This document shows, piece by piece, positions 1 to 11,435 of a stretch of 64,000 nt of DNA (its first letter is position 1; every line of letters starts with the position of its first letter). Origin of the DNA: Mytilus edulis (lineage: Eukaryota); assembly GCF_963676685.1 (NCBI RefSeq), contig NC_092357.1, positions 70,866,001 to 70,930,000 of the forward strand, written 5' to 3'. The position numbers were made by a program, and so were the translations under genes. Below the pieces are notes generated by a model. That model was not told the origin of the DNA, made no database searches, and saw nothing but the letters and a program-made list of their open reading frames with translations.

Positions 1-923
1 GATAGAGTGTAAGTCCCAAAAGCTCTCACCGGGTCAGTAGCCATTATAGATGTGGGTTCATTTTGTTTTTATTATCTCTTTCAACGTTTTTATGAAGTTT
101 TGGATTTTCAAATATTTCGGCTTCGAACATCATCTGAGGAGACAAAAATTGTGGAAACGCGCATCTAGTGCATATACAATTATTACTATTAATAGTATTT
201 AGTCGAAAACAAGTTTATGTCAACCGAATCATAATGGTTAACGTTTATAACTGTGAATTTGATGCGACTGTCATACAAGTGAGAGTTAAAGCTAGCTATA
301 AAACCAGTTTTACATAAGAAAATGCCTGTAGCAATTAAGGGATATGACATTTGTTATCCATTCGTTTGATTTGTTTGAGTTTTTGATATTGCCATTTCAT
401 TAGGGACTTTCCTTTTTTTAATTTTCCTCGGAGTTCAGTATTTTTTTTTATGATTTTACCGTTTATAAACTTCCGAAGTGTAGATTCCAGTTGTTCTTCC
501 CATGTCTGTATGTTGTATTTCTAGTAAATTCTTTAATATGTGATAAACTGTACCAGAAGGTGAATTACTCACGATCTCAACTATTGTTTACAAAACAATC
601 AAATTATTTGAATGCTTTTTTTGGCATTTGCATGCCAGCTGGCTGTGAGGAAAAAGGTAGGTGAATGCTTTGGGTTTTTTTTGGAAGTCTGGAAAAGGCA
701 ATGTTAGTGAAAAAGAAAATGCTGAAAAAAAACCAGCTTCTAGTATTTTGAAAATGTCTATTATGACGGACTAATACGGAAGATCGCTTTGAATTGATTT
801 ATATACACAGTTGATTTATTGATATATAGTCGAAGAAGACGACCATAACTCTTTCTGTGTATATGTGCAATTAATATCAAAATTTTATTGAATTTTCATA
901 TAAATTCTTCATCAGCCAGTCTT

Positions 924-954
924 TTATCCAATTATGCTTCCTGAAGCTGGGAAC
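924..954 (-). CDS. C-type lectin terminal exon 5 (KFPASGSIIG*)
   Basis: TTTCAG acceptor, phase-2 join AA|G, TAA at 926-924, minus-strand AATAAA at 889-884. The five exons sum to 510 nt = 169 aa plus stop. An unspliced alternative would stop at TGA 2222-2220. Confidence 0.75.
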
Positions 955-2223
955 CTGAAAAAAATATATATACAAATGTATACATAAACCGTAGTTTGAG
1001 TTAATTGCAGTAACATTGACATGTTTAAGATAAGTTTGTGTGAGCATTCTGAAAGTCGTACTATTGTTCGGCTATTTGAGTATTTTTGGTTTGATTTATC
1101 CTTTTCTTTTATATTTTTGTCTTTTTTTTATGATTTTACCTTGATTGGATCGTGGTCTTTTTAAAGTTGGTTAAATCCTGAACGTGGCAGGTGCGCTCGA
1201 CTTCTATTTAGTTTTCCTACCTATGGTCGGTGGTCTTCTCTGGGCTCCCTCCACTAATAAAATCGGTAAAGAAATATCTCATAATAATGGAAAGTGGCGT
1301 TCAACGCTAATCAATAAATCAATCAATCAAAGTTGGGACCAGTTAGTTACAGTTATTTATATTAAAAGACAAAAACATTAAAAATACTGAACTGATAATT
1401 TAGAATGCGTTCCATCTATAAAAACAGTATACCTAGATTCAAACAAAATAATTAAATTGACAAACATAGAAAGCATAATAACAAACCTCTGTTCCAAATC
1501 TCACAAAGGCTATCTATACCTAAGTGTTTTCTGTTATTTGTCATTTTATTATCAGAACTTGTACAATAAACGAAAGTGGCAATGCTATCTCATATAACAG
1601 CTAAATAGGAGCCAAAACAAGTACTCAGTAACCAAAAATGTTGTCAAAGTTTAGTAATGTTATATGCATGCAAACGTATTTTCGTTACATATCTATCTGA
1701 TCAAAAGAAATACAAATAATATATTTGTTTTCGTGGATACCAATTTAAAAGGATTTTGTACGTTCATTGATAATATTTACCATGGGTCTGCCAAAGACAT
1801 TCTACAAGCCTATCGAAAAGTCATAGTTCGTTGGATTTATAGTCTTTCGATAAAGCCAAAATGCAACATGAATATCCAACGAATGATAATACAAAATCCA
1901 CAGTAGAATGCATCACAAAAGGGATAATGATAACAAGACAAACCATATCTTTTCTGGTATACAGTCACGGTTGATGTGTTTCCCTCTTTTTAGGAAAACC
2001 CGGATTTATTTCCTCTCAAACGATTTATGACTTTTGAACACAGGTATACTACTGTACCTTTTATTAATTTGTACATTAATGAATTGGTAGTGTTAATGTA
2101 AAAGACAACTTTACAGTTTGTTGCATTTCCGTCAAATACTTTGGTGTTAATGAACATTATTTGTGTGTTGAGGGGCATCGTCATAATGTATATTCACATA
2201 GAACAAGTATAGAAATTACTCAC

Positions 2224-2437
2224 TTTGTTTCACATATAAAGTGGCAATTACGATCACAATTCCAATCATTCCATTTTCCAGGAATATTCCACCATACAAG
2301 AGACAAACAGTTTTCATTTAACTTCCAGTTATCTGGTTGACCTGGTTCCCAGTTCGTGTATGTCAAGTCTTTTCCTGTTGATGCCCATACCCATACACCA
2401 TCAATAACTTCGTCTGTCCCCCCTATCCAAAAGTCCT
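2224..2437 (-). CDS. C-type lectin exon 4 (QDFWIGGTDEVIDGVWVWASTGKDLTYTNWEPGQPDNWKLNENCLSLVWWNIPGKWNDWNCDRNCHFICET)
   Basis: CATAG acceptor, GTGAGT donor; WIG, QPD, WND and FICE motifs of a Ca-dependent CTLD. QPD is classically galactose-type. Confidence 0.95.
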
Positions 2438-2589
2438 CTATGGCATTTGAATATAGAAAAAATATTTTCTCTTATTTCAGAAACGGGAAATATATAGCTT
2501 GTTATAACACATATGTGGATACTTATAAATTCGAAATATCTGATTAGAGTACATACATCTATGTATCTTTCCCCTTGAAATAGTATCAA

Positions 2590-2990
2590 AGCACTTGACC
2601 TTTTTTAAACTTTATACATCGTTCCAAACTAAAAGGCAAATTGTAAAATTGGTCCTAGATGGTTTCAGAAAAAAAAGTATCTTGTCTTAGGGAGGCGTAC
2701 ATTGTACTTTGTAAAAAAAATTACTCTGAATCAAACAAAAGTTTTTTCTGAATCTGACATTATCAAAAGGTTTGATTTCTTGATTGTCAACGTATTTGCT
2801 ACGTTTCGAGGACGTGTTTTCAACAAACGATGGACATTCCCATGGGAAGCAATTGTGCCCCTCTTCTTATCGACTTGTTCCTTTATTCATATAAGGCTTA
2901 CAGCATACAGGAACTTCTTAGGAAGAATGAAAAGTAGCTAACATTATCCGTTAACTTTACGTTCCGTTATATTAATGATGTCCTCTTACT
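2590..2990 (+). mobile_element. Decayed Penelope-like reverse transcriptase fragment (lectin intron 3)
   Basis: Frameshifted translation DIIKRFDFLIVNVF..GRVF / IPMGSNCAPLLIDLFLYSY / FTFRYINDVL matches the PLE RT motifs GIPMG and RYIDD. Confidence 0.8.
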
Positions 2991-3198
2991 AATAAACGTA
3001 TTTACACTTTGGGTATTTAGCTGTATTCTGCCTCCGAATGACCTTAGATTACCTCCTAATAACCTTCTGACGCCAAGCAACAATCCCCTTTTGATTGTGA
3101 CGTCAAATGATTTGAATAATGATGTAAAAGTTTACGGGAACCTGTGTAATTTTATAAAATGGCGGACAAATTTGCATACAAGTGTAAATACGTCTATT
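2991..3198. mobile_element. Small TIR element (MITE)
   Basis: Ends AATAAACGTATTTACACTT and AAGTGTAAATACGTCTATT form a 19-bp inverted repeat with 1 mismatch. Confidence 0.55.
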
Positions 3199-3590
3199 AG
3201 TTAAAAGTTTAGTGACTATGTTTGACACATACTCATATCCTATCAAACTTGAAATAACTGCTCAGGTCAACATCATTTGAACTCTGGTAGATAGTTGTCT
3301 CATTGGCTATCTTACCAGAAATCGGATTTATTATATAGCTCAGTTTAGACATCATGCAATTCATTAGGTCAATTTTGATTTCAATGATTAAATATTCTTG
3401 ATTAGTTTATAAGGTTAAAACATCGGTTAATAGCCAGATTTCCTGACCTTTATCTGTTTGGCTCTGAGATACCCTTATGTTGCAAGGGGAGGACCAGCCT
3501 AATCGGAAAACTGCTGTTTCCTGTTGTTTTAGGTAGATTTTTGTACCAAATTACATTTATAATTCAAAATTAATAGAATACAGTAGTTAC

Positions 3591-3717
3591 GTGTTAGATC
3601 ATGTATATCTCTTTTGCCGACTCCATTCTGAATTAGTGCAATAGTGTCCGTTAGGAATATATTTTCTCCTTCTGTCTCAATTGTTGCAAGGTGTGAATTG
3701 TATGTTCTGCAGAAACC
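3591..3717 (-). CDS. C-type lectin exon 3 (GFCRTYNSHLATIETEGENIFLTDTIALIQNGVGKRDIHDLT)
   Basis: TTTCAG acceptor (phase 0), GTAACT donor (phase 1); CTLD alpha1-HLA-alpha2 region. Lies within track ORF 3529..3789. Confidence 0.9.
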
Positions 3718-4380
3718 CTGAAATGATACTATATAGTATTTAAAAGGTACGTATGTTTTCAAACATCCAGTTATAATAAGTAAAACCATTTTTTTAAGAA
3801 TGTGTCTACTGCCTTAACAGTATGTGTTTTCTTTTCATGCCTTTAATAACAGTAATTAAAATATCATTAAAAGCAAAAATTGTTTAATGAAATGCTATTG
3901 TTCTAAAATTAATAACAACGTTTAATGAATTTCGTGCATATAAAGCACTTTTCTGGATACGTTCAAGGGCGAATATTTGAAAGTCTATTATGTATAAGAA
4001 TCGAAACTGCTGAAAAGCCATATGACAAAAAAGCACCCAAATTGATAGCACAATCCATCAAAGGTTAATAGTTTCTTGATAATTCATCAATTTATAAACC
4101 GATAATTTAAGAAAAGATTTGTTACTTAAAAGTACTAATTGGTTGATGATACTCTTGTTAGGATACAGTGGTACCGACCCAATGCTAATGAAAATGAAAA
4201 CAATACGCAGGAATGCTCAAAGCTGAATATTTGAAAGCAAAGGATGTATAAAAACCATAAGAGTAGAACAGTGATATGACCAATAAGGACCTACAATAAA
4301 ATCCAAATCCATGTAGGTTCATTTTGGTGTTTAAGTTTAAGCTTCGGATATATTCAAATGTACATGTATTACAACAATAT

Positions 4381-5775
4381 ACTCATGTTTGAAAGACTCA
4401 TGTCTGAAATACTCGTGTCTAAAAGACTCATGTCTACAAGACTCATGTCTGAAAGACTCGTGTCTGGAAGACTAACATCAGAAATACTAACGTATGAAAG
4501 ACTAATGTCTGAAAGACTAACGTCAAAACGTCTAAAAGACTGATGTCTGAAAGGATAATGTATGAAAGACTCATGTTTGAAATAATAACGTCTGAAAAAC
4601 TTGTGTATGAAAGACTCATATCTGAAAAACTCATGTCTGAAATAATAACGTCTGAAAGACTTATGTATGAAAGACTCATATCTGAAAAACTCATGTCTGA
4701 AAGACTCTTATCTGAAAGACTGATGTCTGAAAGACTCAATTCTGAAGATTCGTGTATGAAAGACTCGTGTATGAAAGATAAATGTCTGAAGACTCGTGTC
4801 TCAAAGACTCATGTATCAAAGACTCATGTATCAAAGACTCACGTCTGAAAGGCTAACGTCTGAAAGAATTATGTCTGAAATACTCATTTATAAAAGGCTA
4901 ATGCCTGAAAGACTCAGGTTTGAAAGACTCATGTCTGAAAGGATCATATCTTAAATACTAATGTATGAAAGACTAATGTCTGAAATACTGACGTCCTAAC
5001 GTCTGAAAGACTAATGTTTGAAAGATAAACGTCTGAAAGTCTCATGTCTAAAAGACTAACGTCTGAAATACTCCTGTATGAAAGACTCATTTCTGAAAGA
5101 CTCATGTCTGAGAGACTATGTCTGAAACACTCATGCCTGAAAGACTTACGTCTGAAAGATTCGTGTATGAAAGATAAATGTCTGAAAGAATCATGTCTGA
5201 AAGACTCATGTATAAAGGATAAATGTTTGAAAGACTCATGTATGAAAGATAAATGCCTGACGACTCGTGTCTGAAATACTTACGTCTGGAAGACTCATGT
5301 AATAAGGATAAATGTTTAAAAGACTCATGTATGAAAGATTAATGTCTGAAGATCAGTGTCTGGTAGAATAATGTTAACTTTGAAAGTCTAAAGTCTGAAA
5401 AAAATTGTCTGAAAGACTCTTATCTGAAAGACTCATATATGAAAGACTCATGTATGAAAGATAAATGTTTGAAACACTCATGTAAGAAAGATAAACGCAC
5501 GAAGATGCGTGTTTGAACGGCTCATATCTGAAATACTAACGTATGAAAGACTAATGTATGAAAGACTAACGTCTGAAAAACTCATGTCTAAAAGACTCAT
5601 GTCTGAAAGACTCATATCTGAAAGACTTGCATCTAAAAGACGCATGTCTGAGAAACTCTTGTATGAAAGATTTCTGCCTGAAAGACTCATGTCTTGAAGA
5701 CTCATGCCTGAAAGACTTACGTCTGAAAGACTCATGTATGAAAGATAAATGTTTGAAACACTCATGTCTGAAAGA
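4381..5775. repeat. Degenerate 15-bp minisatellite (GAAAGACTCATGTCT)n in lectin intron 2
   Basis: 15-nt periodicity visible directly; explains the ERLMS/DMSLS ORFs. Confidence 0.95.
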
Positions 5776-6682
5776 ATAATGAAAATCTAAGTGTTGTAAT
5801 TTGGTAGATTATAAATACTTTTGATTATCTATTTTAATGGTTCACAGTTCCTTTCAACTACTCCTCAATGGTATACGTCAAGGAGACAGCACTCAACAAC
5901 ACACTCAAATAGATCTTAGGGAAAACATAGGCAATTTTGAAACTTTTTGACATTATATCAAACTCTACTACTAAGCCGTCATAAAATACTGTAAATTTTA
6001 TAGTCATCTTTGAAGATCTGGCCATCACAACCAAGTTCACAAAATGACTAAAAAATACATTATTGTTTAGGGGCCAGCTAAAGCCCGTCTCCGGGAACTT
6101 GATTTTCTCGCTGTGTTGACGACCTATTAGTAGCCTTTGGCTGTTTTCTGCTCTTTTGTCGGGTTGTTCTTTTTTTGACGCATTCCCCGTTTCCATTCTC
6201 AATGTTAACAACATTATGCAGAATACTGTGTCCTAATATTTGATTAATATAGTAAAAGTCGAAAACTATGTTTAACAATAATGATTTCGGGACCTTTTGT
6301 AGCTTACTATGAGGTATGACTTTGCTGGTACGGTGACAGTTAGCTATTAATGTCTGTGTAATTTGGTCTCTTGTGGAGAGTTGTCTCATTGGCAATCATA
6401 GTACATGCTCTTTTTTATATGATGTTGACTTCCTTGCGCATGTCATTTTGTATTACAAATATACGTTAGTTATGATCGGCACTAAACCAAAGAAAGCAAA
6501 CAAAAAGCAATAAACAAGAAGGATTTTTTTTTGTAAACATATCTGCATTAACCATCAAGCAATTACTTGATTTTAGTTACATTTTGACTTTCAAATTACA
6601 AAGAAAATAAAAATAAAAAGATAAATACTGTAGACTTCATTTTTTTGTTAAAGAAAGAGTTATTTTTTCAACAAAGTCTTAA

Positions 6683-7727
6683 GGTGGTACCTAACACTAC
6701 AGGGAGATAATATACAAATATATCATGCTTACTAGGGGTATTTGCCAAAAATACCGGTTGAGAGGTACAAATTTCCAGAGCCGTTAGGCGAGGGAAATTT
6801 GATTACCTCGAAACCGGTATTTTTAGCAAATACCCCTTGTAAGCATGATATAATTGTTTAATTCCATCGAATGTTCCACCTCAGAAAGTTTGTTATAATC
6901 AGGTATCATATGAAATTTCGACTTGAATGTATAATTTTTGTATACACTGCAGCTGTACTATTTGTGTAGTCAAATTGCATTGACCGAAAAATTGATTTTT
7001 TTTTATGTACAGTCACTGACTGTATATATATCTCCCTTTTTATAATAAGCTGGTTCTCGGCTGACTATTACACTTTTTCATCAGTTTCAGTGAAGCGTAA
7101 TACAAGTGGATTCCAGTTTTATGTGACCGGTTTACAATTCGTTTCCGTTGATTTTTATGTATGACGTCATTCCCGGAATTTTTACGTCATTCAGTCCAAA
7201 TTCAACAATGATGCATTTTTATCCTAAATATTTCATCTGGAATCATATATTTAGAATGACCATGAATTTGTCATATTATAATAGAAATAATTCATTGAGC
7301 TATTTTTAGACATGGTATTCCCCATCTGCCATGGTATTTGCTAGCAAATACCCCGGCACATGGAAGTCCCTAATGGCAAATACTCTGGCAGAGAAAAGAA
7401 AATCTCAATATATAGAAATTGGTGAAAAATACCATGGTTCTCATCCAATCAAAATACAGCATTATTACATAAGGTGGAATTACTCTGTAAAGTCAGCTAA
7501 ACGTTTTAATTACATTGGGTTGTAAAGGGAATATTAAGCTTCTCAATGATCAAAATTGGTGTTTGTCAAACTGCTATATAACCAGTGTAGTTTTTCTGAC
7601 AAAATGGTTGGTACAAATTTTTTGAAAATTTTGAATTTTTATTAAAGGTTCGAAGTAAATACTTTGACAAAAATTAAAGAAAATTAAACGAGTCAAATTA
7701 ATTTTAGTGAAAGTGTTGGGTACCACC
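6683..7727. mobile_element. TTAA-flanked TIR element (Kolobok-like MITE) interrupted by a nested insertion
   Basis: TTAA|GGTGGTACC...GGTACCACC|TTAA; an uninterrupted inverse copy is at 26148-26408. Confidence 0.85.
6711..7482. mobile_element. Nested non-autonomous element with a ~130-bp terminal palindrome (possibly Crypton-like)
   Basis: Boundaries defined by comparison with the 26148-26408 copy. Hairpin at 6719-6851; inverted repeat TAATTCCA (6860) / TGGAATTA (7482). Confidence 0.6.
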
Positions 7728-7754
7728 TTAAGATTATTCAATAAAATTAATATA

Positions 7755-7931
7755 CAGTGAAACCTGACTAACCCGAATCCTGTATAAACCGAAAACCTGA
7801 ATAAATCAAACATGTTCGTAAGCACTGTCATATCAAATTGTGTGCATTGTGTATCTGATAAAACTGAACATCGGCCAAAACCGAATAAAATCTTAAGTCC
7901 TGAAGAGGTTCGGTTTAAAGAGGTTTCACTG
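7755..7931. mobile_element. Tc1/mariner-type MITE
   Basis: TA|CAGTGAAACCT...AGGTTTCACTG|TA. Confidence 0.85.
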
Positions 7932-7949
7932 TACATGGAATTTACTCAC

Positions 7950-8050
7950 CCCAGCATCAACCCATGTTTTCAGTGTGTGACTGATGAAGTAGCATGAATT
8001 TCCATAATGAAACCATCCTCTCAGACATTCTGACTGTAGACCAGTTATAA
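7950..8050 (-). CDS. C-type lectin exon 2 (ITGLQSECLRGWFHYGNSCYFISHTLKTWVDAG)
   Basis: TAG acceptor, GTGAGT donor; long-form CTLD start C-x2-GW...SCY and TWxDA. Confidence 0.92.
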
Positions 8051-8296
8051 CTATTGAAACATAAGACCTATACGTTCCTGGTTTATTTTCACATTTTTAG
8101 GTATAATATTAAGAGCCAATGGGAACGCTTTGAATCGATCTTCAATCGGTCTAAACTAAAACACCAAAAAGAAGTACCGGTAGTGTAGTTTGAATCGATC
8201 TTAAGTAAACTGATCTTCTGACTTCAGATGGAAACGTAGAGATCGGTTGAAACTTGTATGATTGAATTGAAAATAATGTATGATCATAATAGCGGC

Positions 8297-8610
8297 AAAA
8301 AGTAAAATCACAAAAATACTGAACTCAGAGGAAAATCAAATCGGAAAGTCCCTTATCACATGGCAAAATCAAATGACAAAACACATCAAAAACGAATGGA
8401 CAAGAGCTGTCATATTTCTGACTTGGTACAGGCATTTTCAAATGTAGAAAATGGTGGTTGAACCTAGTTTTATAGTGCTTAACCTCTCACTTTGTTGACA
8501 GTCTCATCAAATTCCGTTATATTTACAATGATGCGTGAACTAAACAGACATAATAAATAAAATAGTCAAAATATGGGTACAGCAGTCATCATCGTGTAAC
8601 AATTTTAAAA
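8297..8610 (+). repeat. Interspersed repeat family A (AAAAGTAAAATCACAAAAATACTGAACTC...)
   Basis: Related copies at ~250-460(-), 9430-9580(-), 52808-53065(+), 53715-53845(+), 60940-61058(-), 62560-62690(+), 63255-63355(+). Confidence 0.75.
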
Positions 8611-9846
8611 GGAAACTACACATCCCTGTATATATTATTTGTTCGTTGTTTAACCCATATTTCTCTGTTAACAGACCTTTGTGTACATGCAAGCAATAAC
8701 AAACTAAAAACTTCGCCGTAGCATATTGCGAAATCTGTGTCTTCTTTTCTTCTGTAGATTTTTTTTCTTTACAGGAACCGCAGTATTTCCCCTTGTTGTA
8801 AATTCCTTGCTTCAGTTTTTTGTTTCAAAATTGAAGAAAACTGCAAGAACACCAGTATCAAAATTTGATCTAGTGAAACCATAACTTCATCGATTTTTTT
8901 CCATGTGTGATCAGTAAAACAACCACACAAATTTGAAAAAACAATTATTCCTATTTATACCTAACATTTACAGTTTTACAGGTAATTAGGTCAGATCGAT
9001 TGCATTTTTTGAAATGTGCATGCAGTGGTTCAGAATTGACCGATAGAGATCGTTATGATTAAATATAGTGTGAACGCTCACTGGTTTTATTTTGATCGAT
9101 TCAAATTAGATTGATTTAAAATAAACAAATAATAGTGTAGAATGTCACTTTCGGTTGCAATAAAAAAAAAAAAGAGCGAACAAAAATCTTCCCTTCAATC
9201 TGATAGTTGTAGGAAATTAATCCTACATTTCATACCAGTAAACAATTTCTGAGCCATAAACATATATCTTTGGTGTTTCATAGCACCATAATCTTATATT
9301 GGTTTGGTGTTTCTGTAGAAAATTTTGGAAACTTTAGATTAAATGGTTACTAAAGCTTGTACACAAGAAAAAAGGGTAAAAATTTCATTGGTTAACTTCG
9401 AGTGATGTTGTTTTCTTTCTTATTCACTATTTTCTACATTTGAAAATGCCTGGACGAAGTCAGAAATATGAAAGTTGTTGTCCATAAGTTTGATGTGTTT
9501 TATCATTTACTTTTGCTATTTGATTAGGGTCTTTCTGTTTTGAATTTTCCTCGGAGTTCAGTATTTTTGTGATTTTACTATTTATGCATTGAAATTTCAT
9601 GTGAAATTTGGCTAGAATACTAGACAGAGTAAAACTGTACTCATACGAAGTATATTTTTATTTGATACAAAGATAAATTCTGAAGACTATTTTTAAAAGA
9701 GAAAAATTAACAAAGACTAGTACAGATAATAGGGGGAAATTAATGGTGGTATCTCACCTTCATATTTCAAGGAAAATAGTACAGTTTAAAGTAATTTCAT
9801 CATTTATCTTTTACATATCTTGTTATTTTCTACATAATATACTTAC

Positions 9847-9883
9847 AAAATCCAACAAATAAAACCGCTTTAAAGTCCATCAT
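9847..9883 (-). CDS. C-type lectin (perlucin-like), coding exon 1, signal peptide MMDFKAVLFVGF
   Basis: ATGATG at 9883, hydrophobic codons, GTAAGT donor (phase 1). It joins exon 2 in frame to give MMDFKAVLFVGFFITGLQS-ECL, a plausible signal peptide. Confidence 0.8.
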
Positions 9884-11275
9884 CGTTCTTATTTAAGTGA
9901 CATAATAATGTCATGATAGATAATACTTAAGGAAATAATGCAACGTATCCTTACTTTGATTACATGATAAGCATATGACACTTGTTAGCTCTTTGTAGAG
10001 GCTATTCAAGGGGGGTGCAGGTAATCATATACTTACAAATGTTTTGTCAATATAATCATATAATCACATATGTTTTGTCAATATAATCACATAATCACAA
10101 ATGTGTTAAATTTTGGAAATTAAACCAACACCATTGACATGAACACCAGCCCTGGTGATGTCGACTGTACGTAGCACCATTGACATGAACACCAGTGCTC
10201 GCGGTGTCGACTGTAGCAACATCGACATGAACACCAGCCCTGGTGATGTCGACTGCAGCACCATTGACATGAACACCATCGCTCGCGGTGTCGACTGTAG
10301 CACCATTGACATGAACACTAGCGCTGGTGATGTCGACTGTAGCACCATTGACATGAACACCAGCGCTGGCGATGTCGACTGTAGCACCATGACATGAACA
10401 TCAGCGCTGGTGGTATCGACTATAGCACCGTTGACATGAACACCAGCGCTGGCGGTGTCGACTATAGCACCGTTGACATGAATACCAGCGCTGGCGGTGT
10501 CGACTGCAGCACCATTGGCATGAACACCAGGGCTGGTGGTGTCGACTGTAGTACCATTGACATGAACACCATCGCTCGCGGTGTCGACTGTAGCACCATT
10601 GACATGAACACTAGCGCTGGTGGTGTCGACTGCAGCACCATTGACATGAACACCATCGCTCGCGGTGTCGACTGTAGCACCATTGACATGAACACTAGCG
10701 CTGGTGATGTCGACTGCAGCACCATTGACATGAACACCATCGCTCGCGGTGTCGACTGTAGCACCATTGGCATGAACACCAGCGCTGGCAGTGTCGACTG
10801 CAGCACCATTGACATGAACACCATCGCTCGCGGTGTCGACTGTAGCACCATTGACATGAACACTAGCGCTGGTGGTGTCGACTGCAGCACCATTGACATG
10901 AACACCATCGCTCGCGGTGTCGACTGTAGCACCATTGGCATGAACACCAGCGCTGGCAGTGTCGACTGTAGCACCGTTGACATGAATACCAGCGCTGGCG
11001 GTGTCGACTGCAGCACCATTGGCATGAACACCAGCACTGGCGGTGTCGACTGTAGCACCGTTGACATGAATACCAGCGCTGGCGGTGTCGACTGCAGCAC
11101 CATTGGCATGAACACCAGCACTGGCGGTGTCGACTGTAGCACCATTGGCATGAACACCAGCACTGGCGGTGTCGACTGTAGCACCATTGACATAAACGCC
11201 AGCGCTGGCAATGTCGACTGTAGCACAATTGACATGAACACCAGCCCGCTGTGTCGACTGTAGCACCACTGACAT

Positions 11276-11435
11276 CAGAGGCGGATTTAGAGGGGGGCCA
11301 GGGGGCCCGGGCCCCCCCTTTTTGGGAAAAAATTTGGTTGCTTATATAGGGAATCATTGAAGCGTGACTGAAGCGAGCCCCCTCTTGGGTCAGTCAGTGG
11401 GCCCCCACTTATGTAAATTTCTGGATCCGCCACTG
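11276..11435. mobile_element. 160-bp GC-rich MITE copy 1 (hAT-like termini, 5-bp TSD GACAT)
   Basis: GACAT|CAGAGGCGGATTTAG...CTGGATCCGCCACTG|GACAT. Confidence 0.88.

Noticed and set aside
4358-5765. ERLMS/DMSLS repeat ORFs
   Set aside because: Translations of an intronic 15-bp minisatellite with frequent stops.
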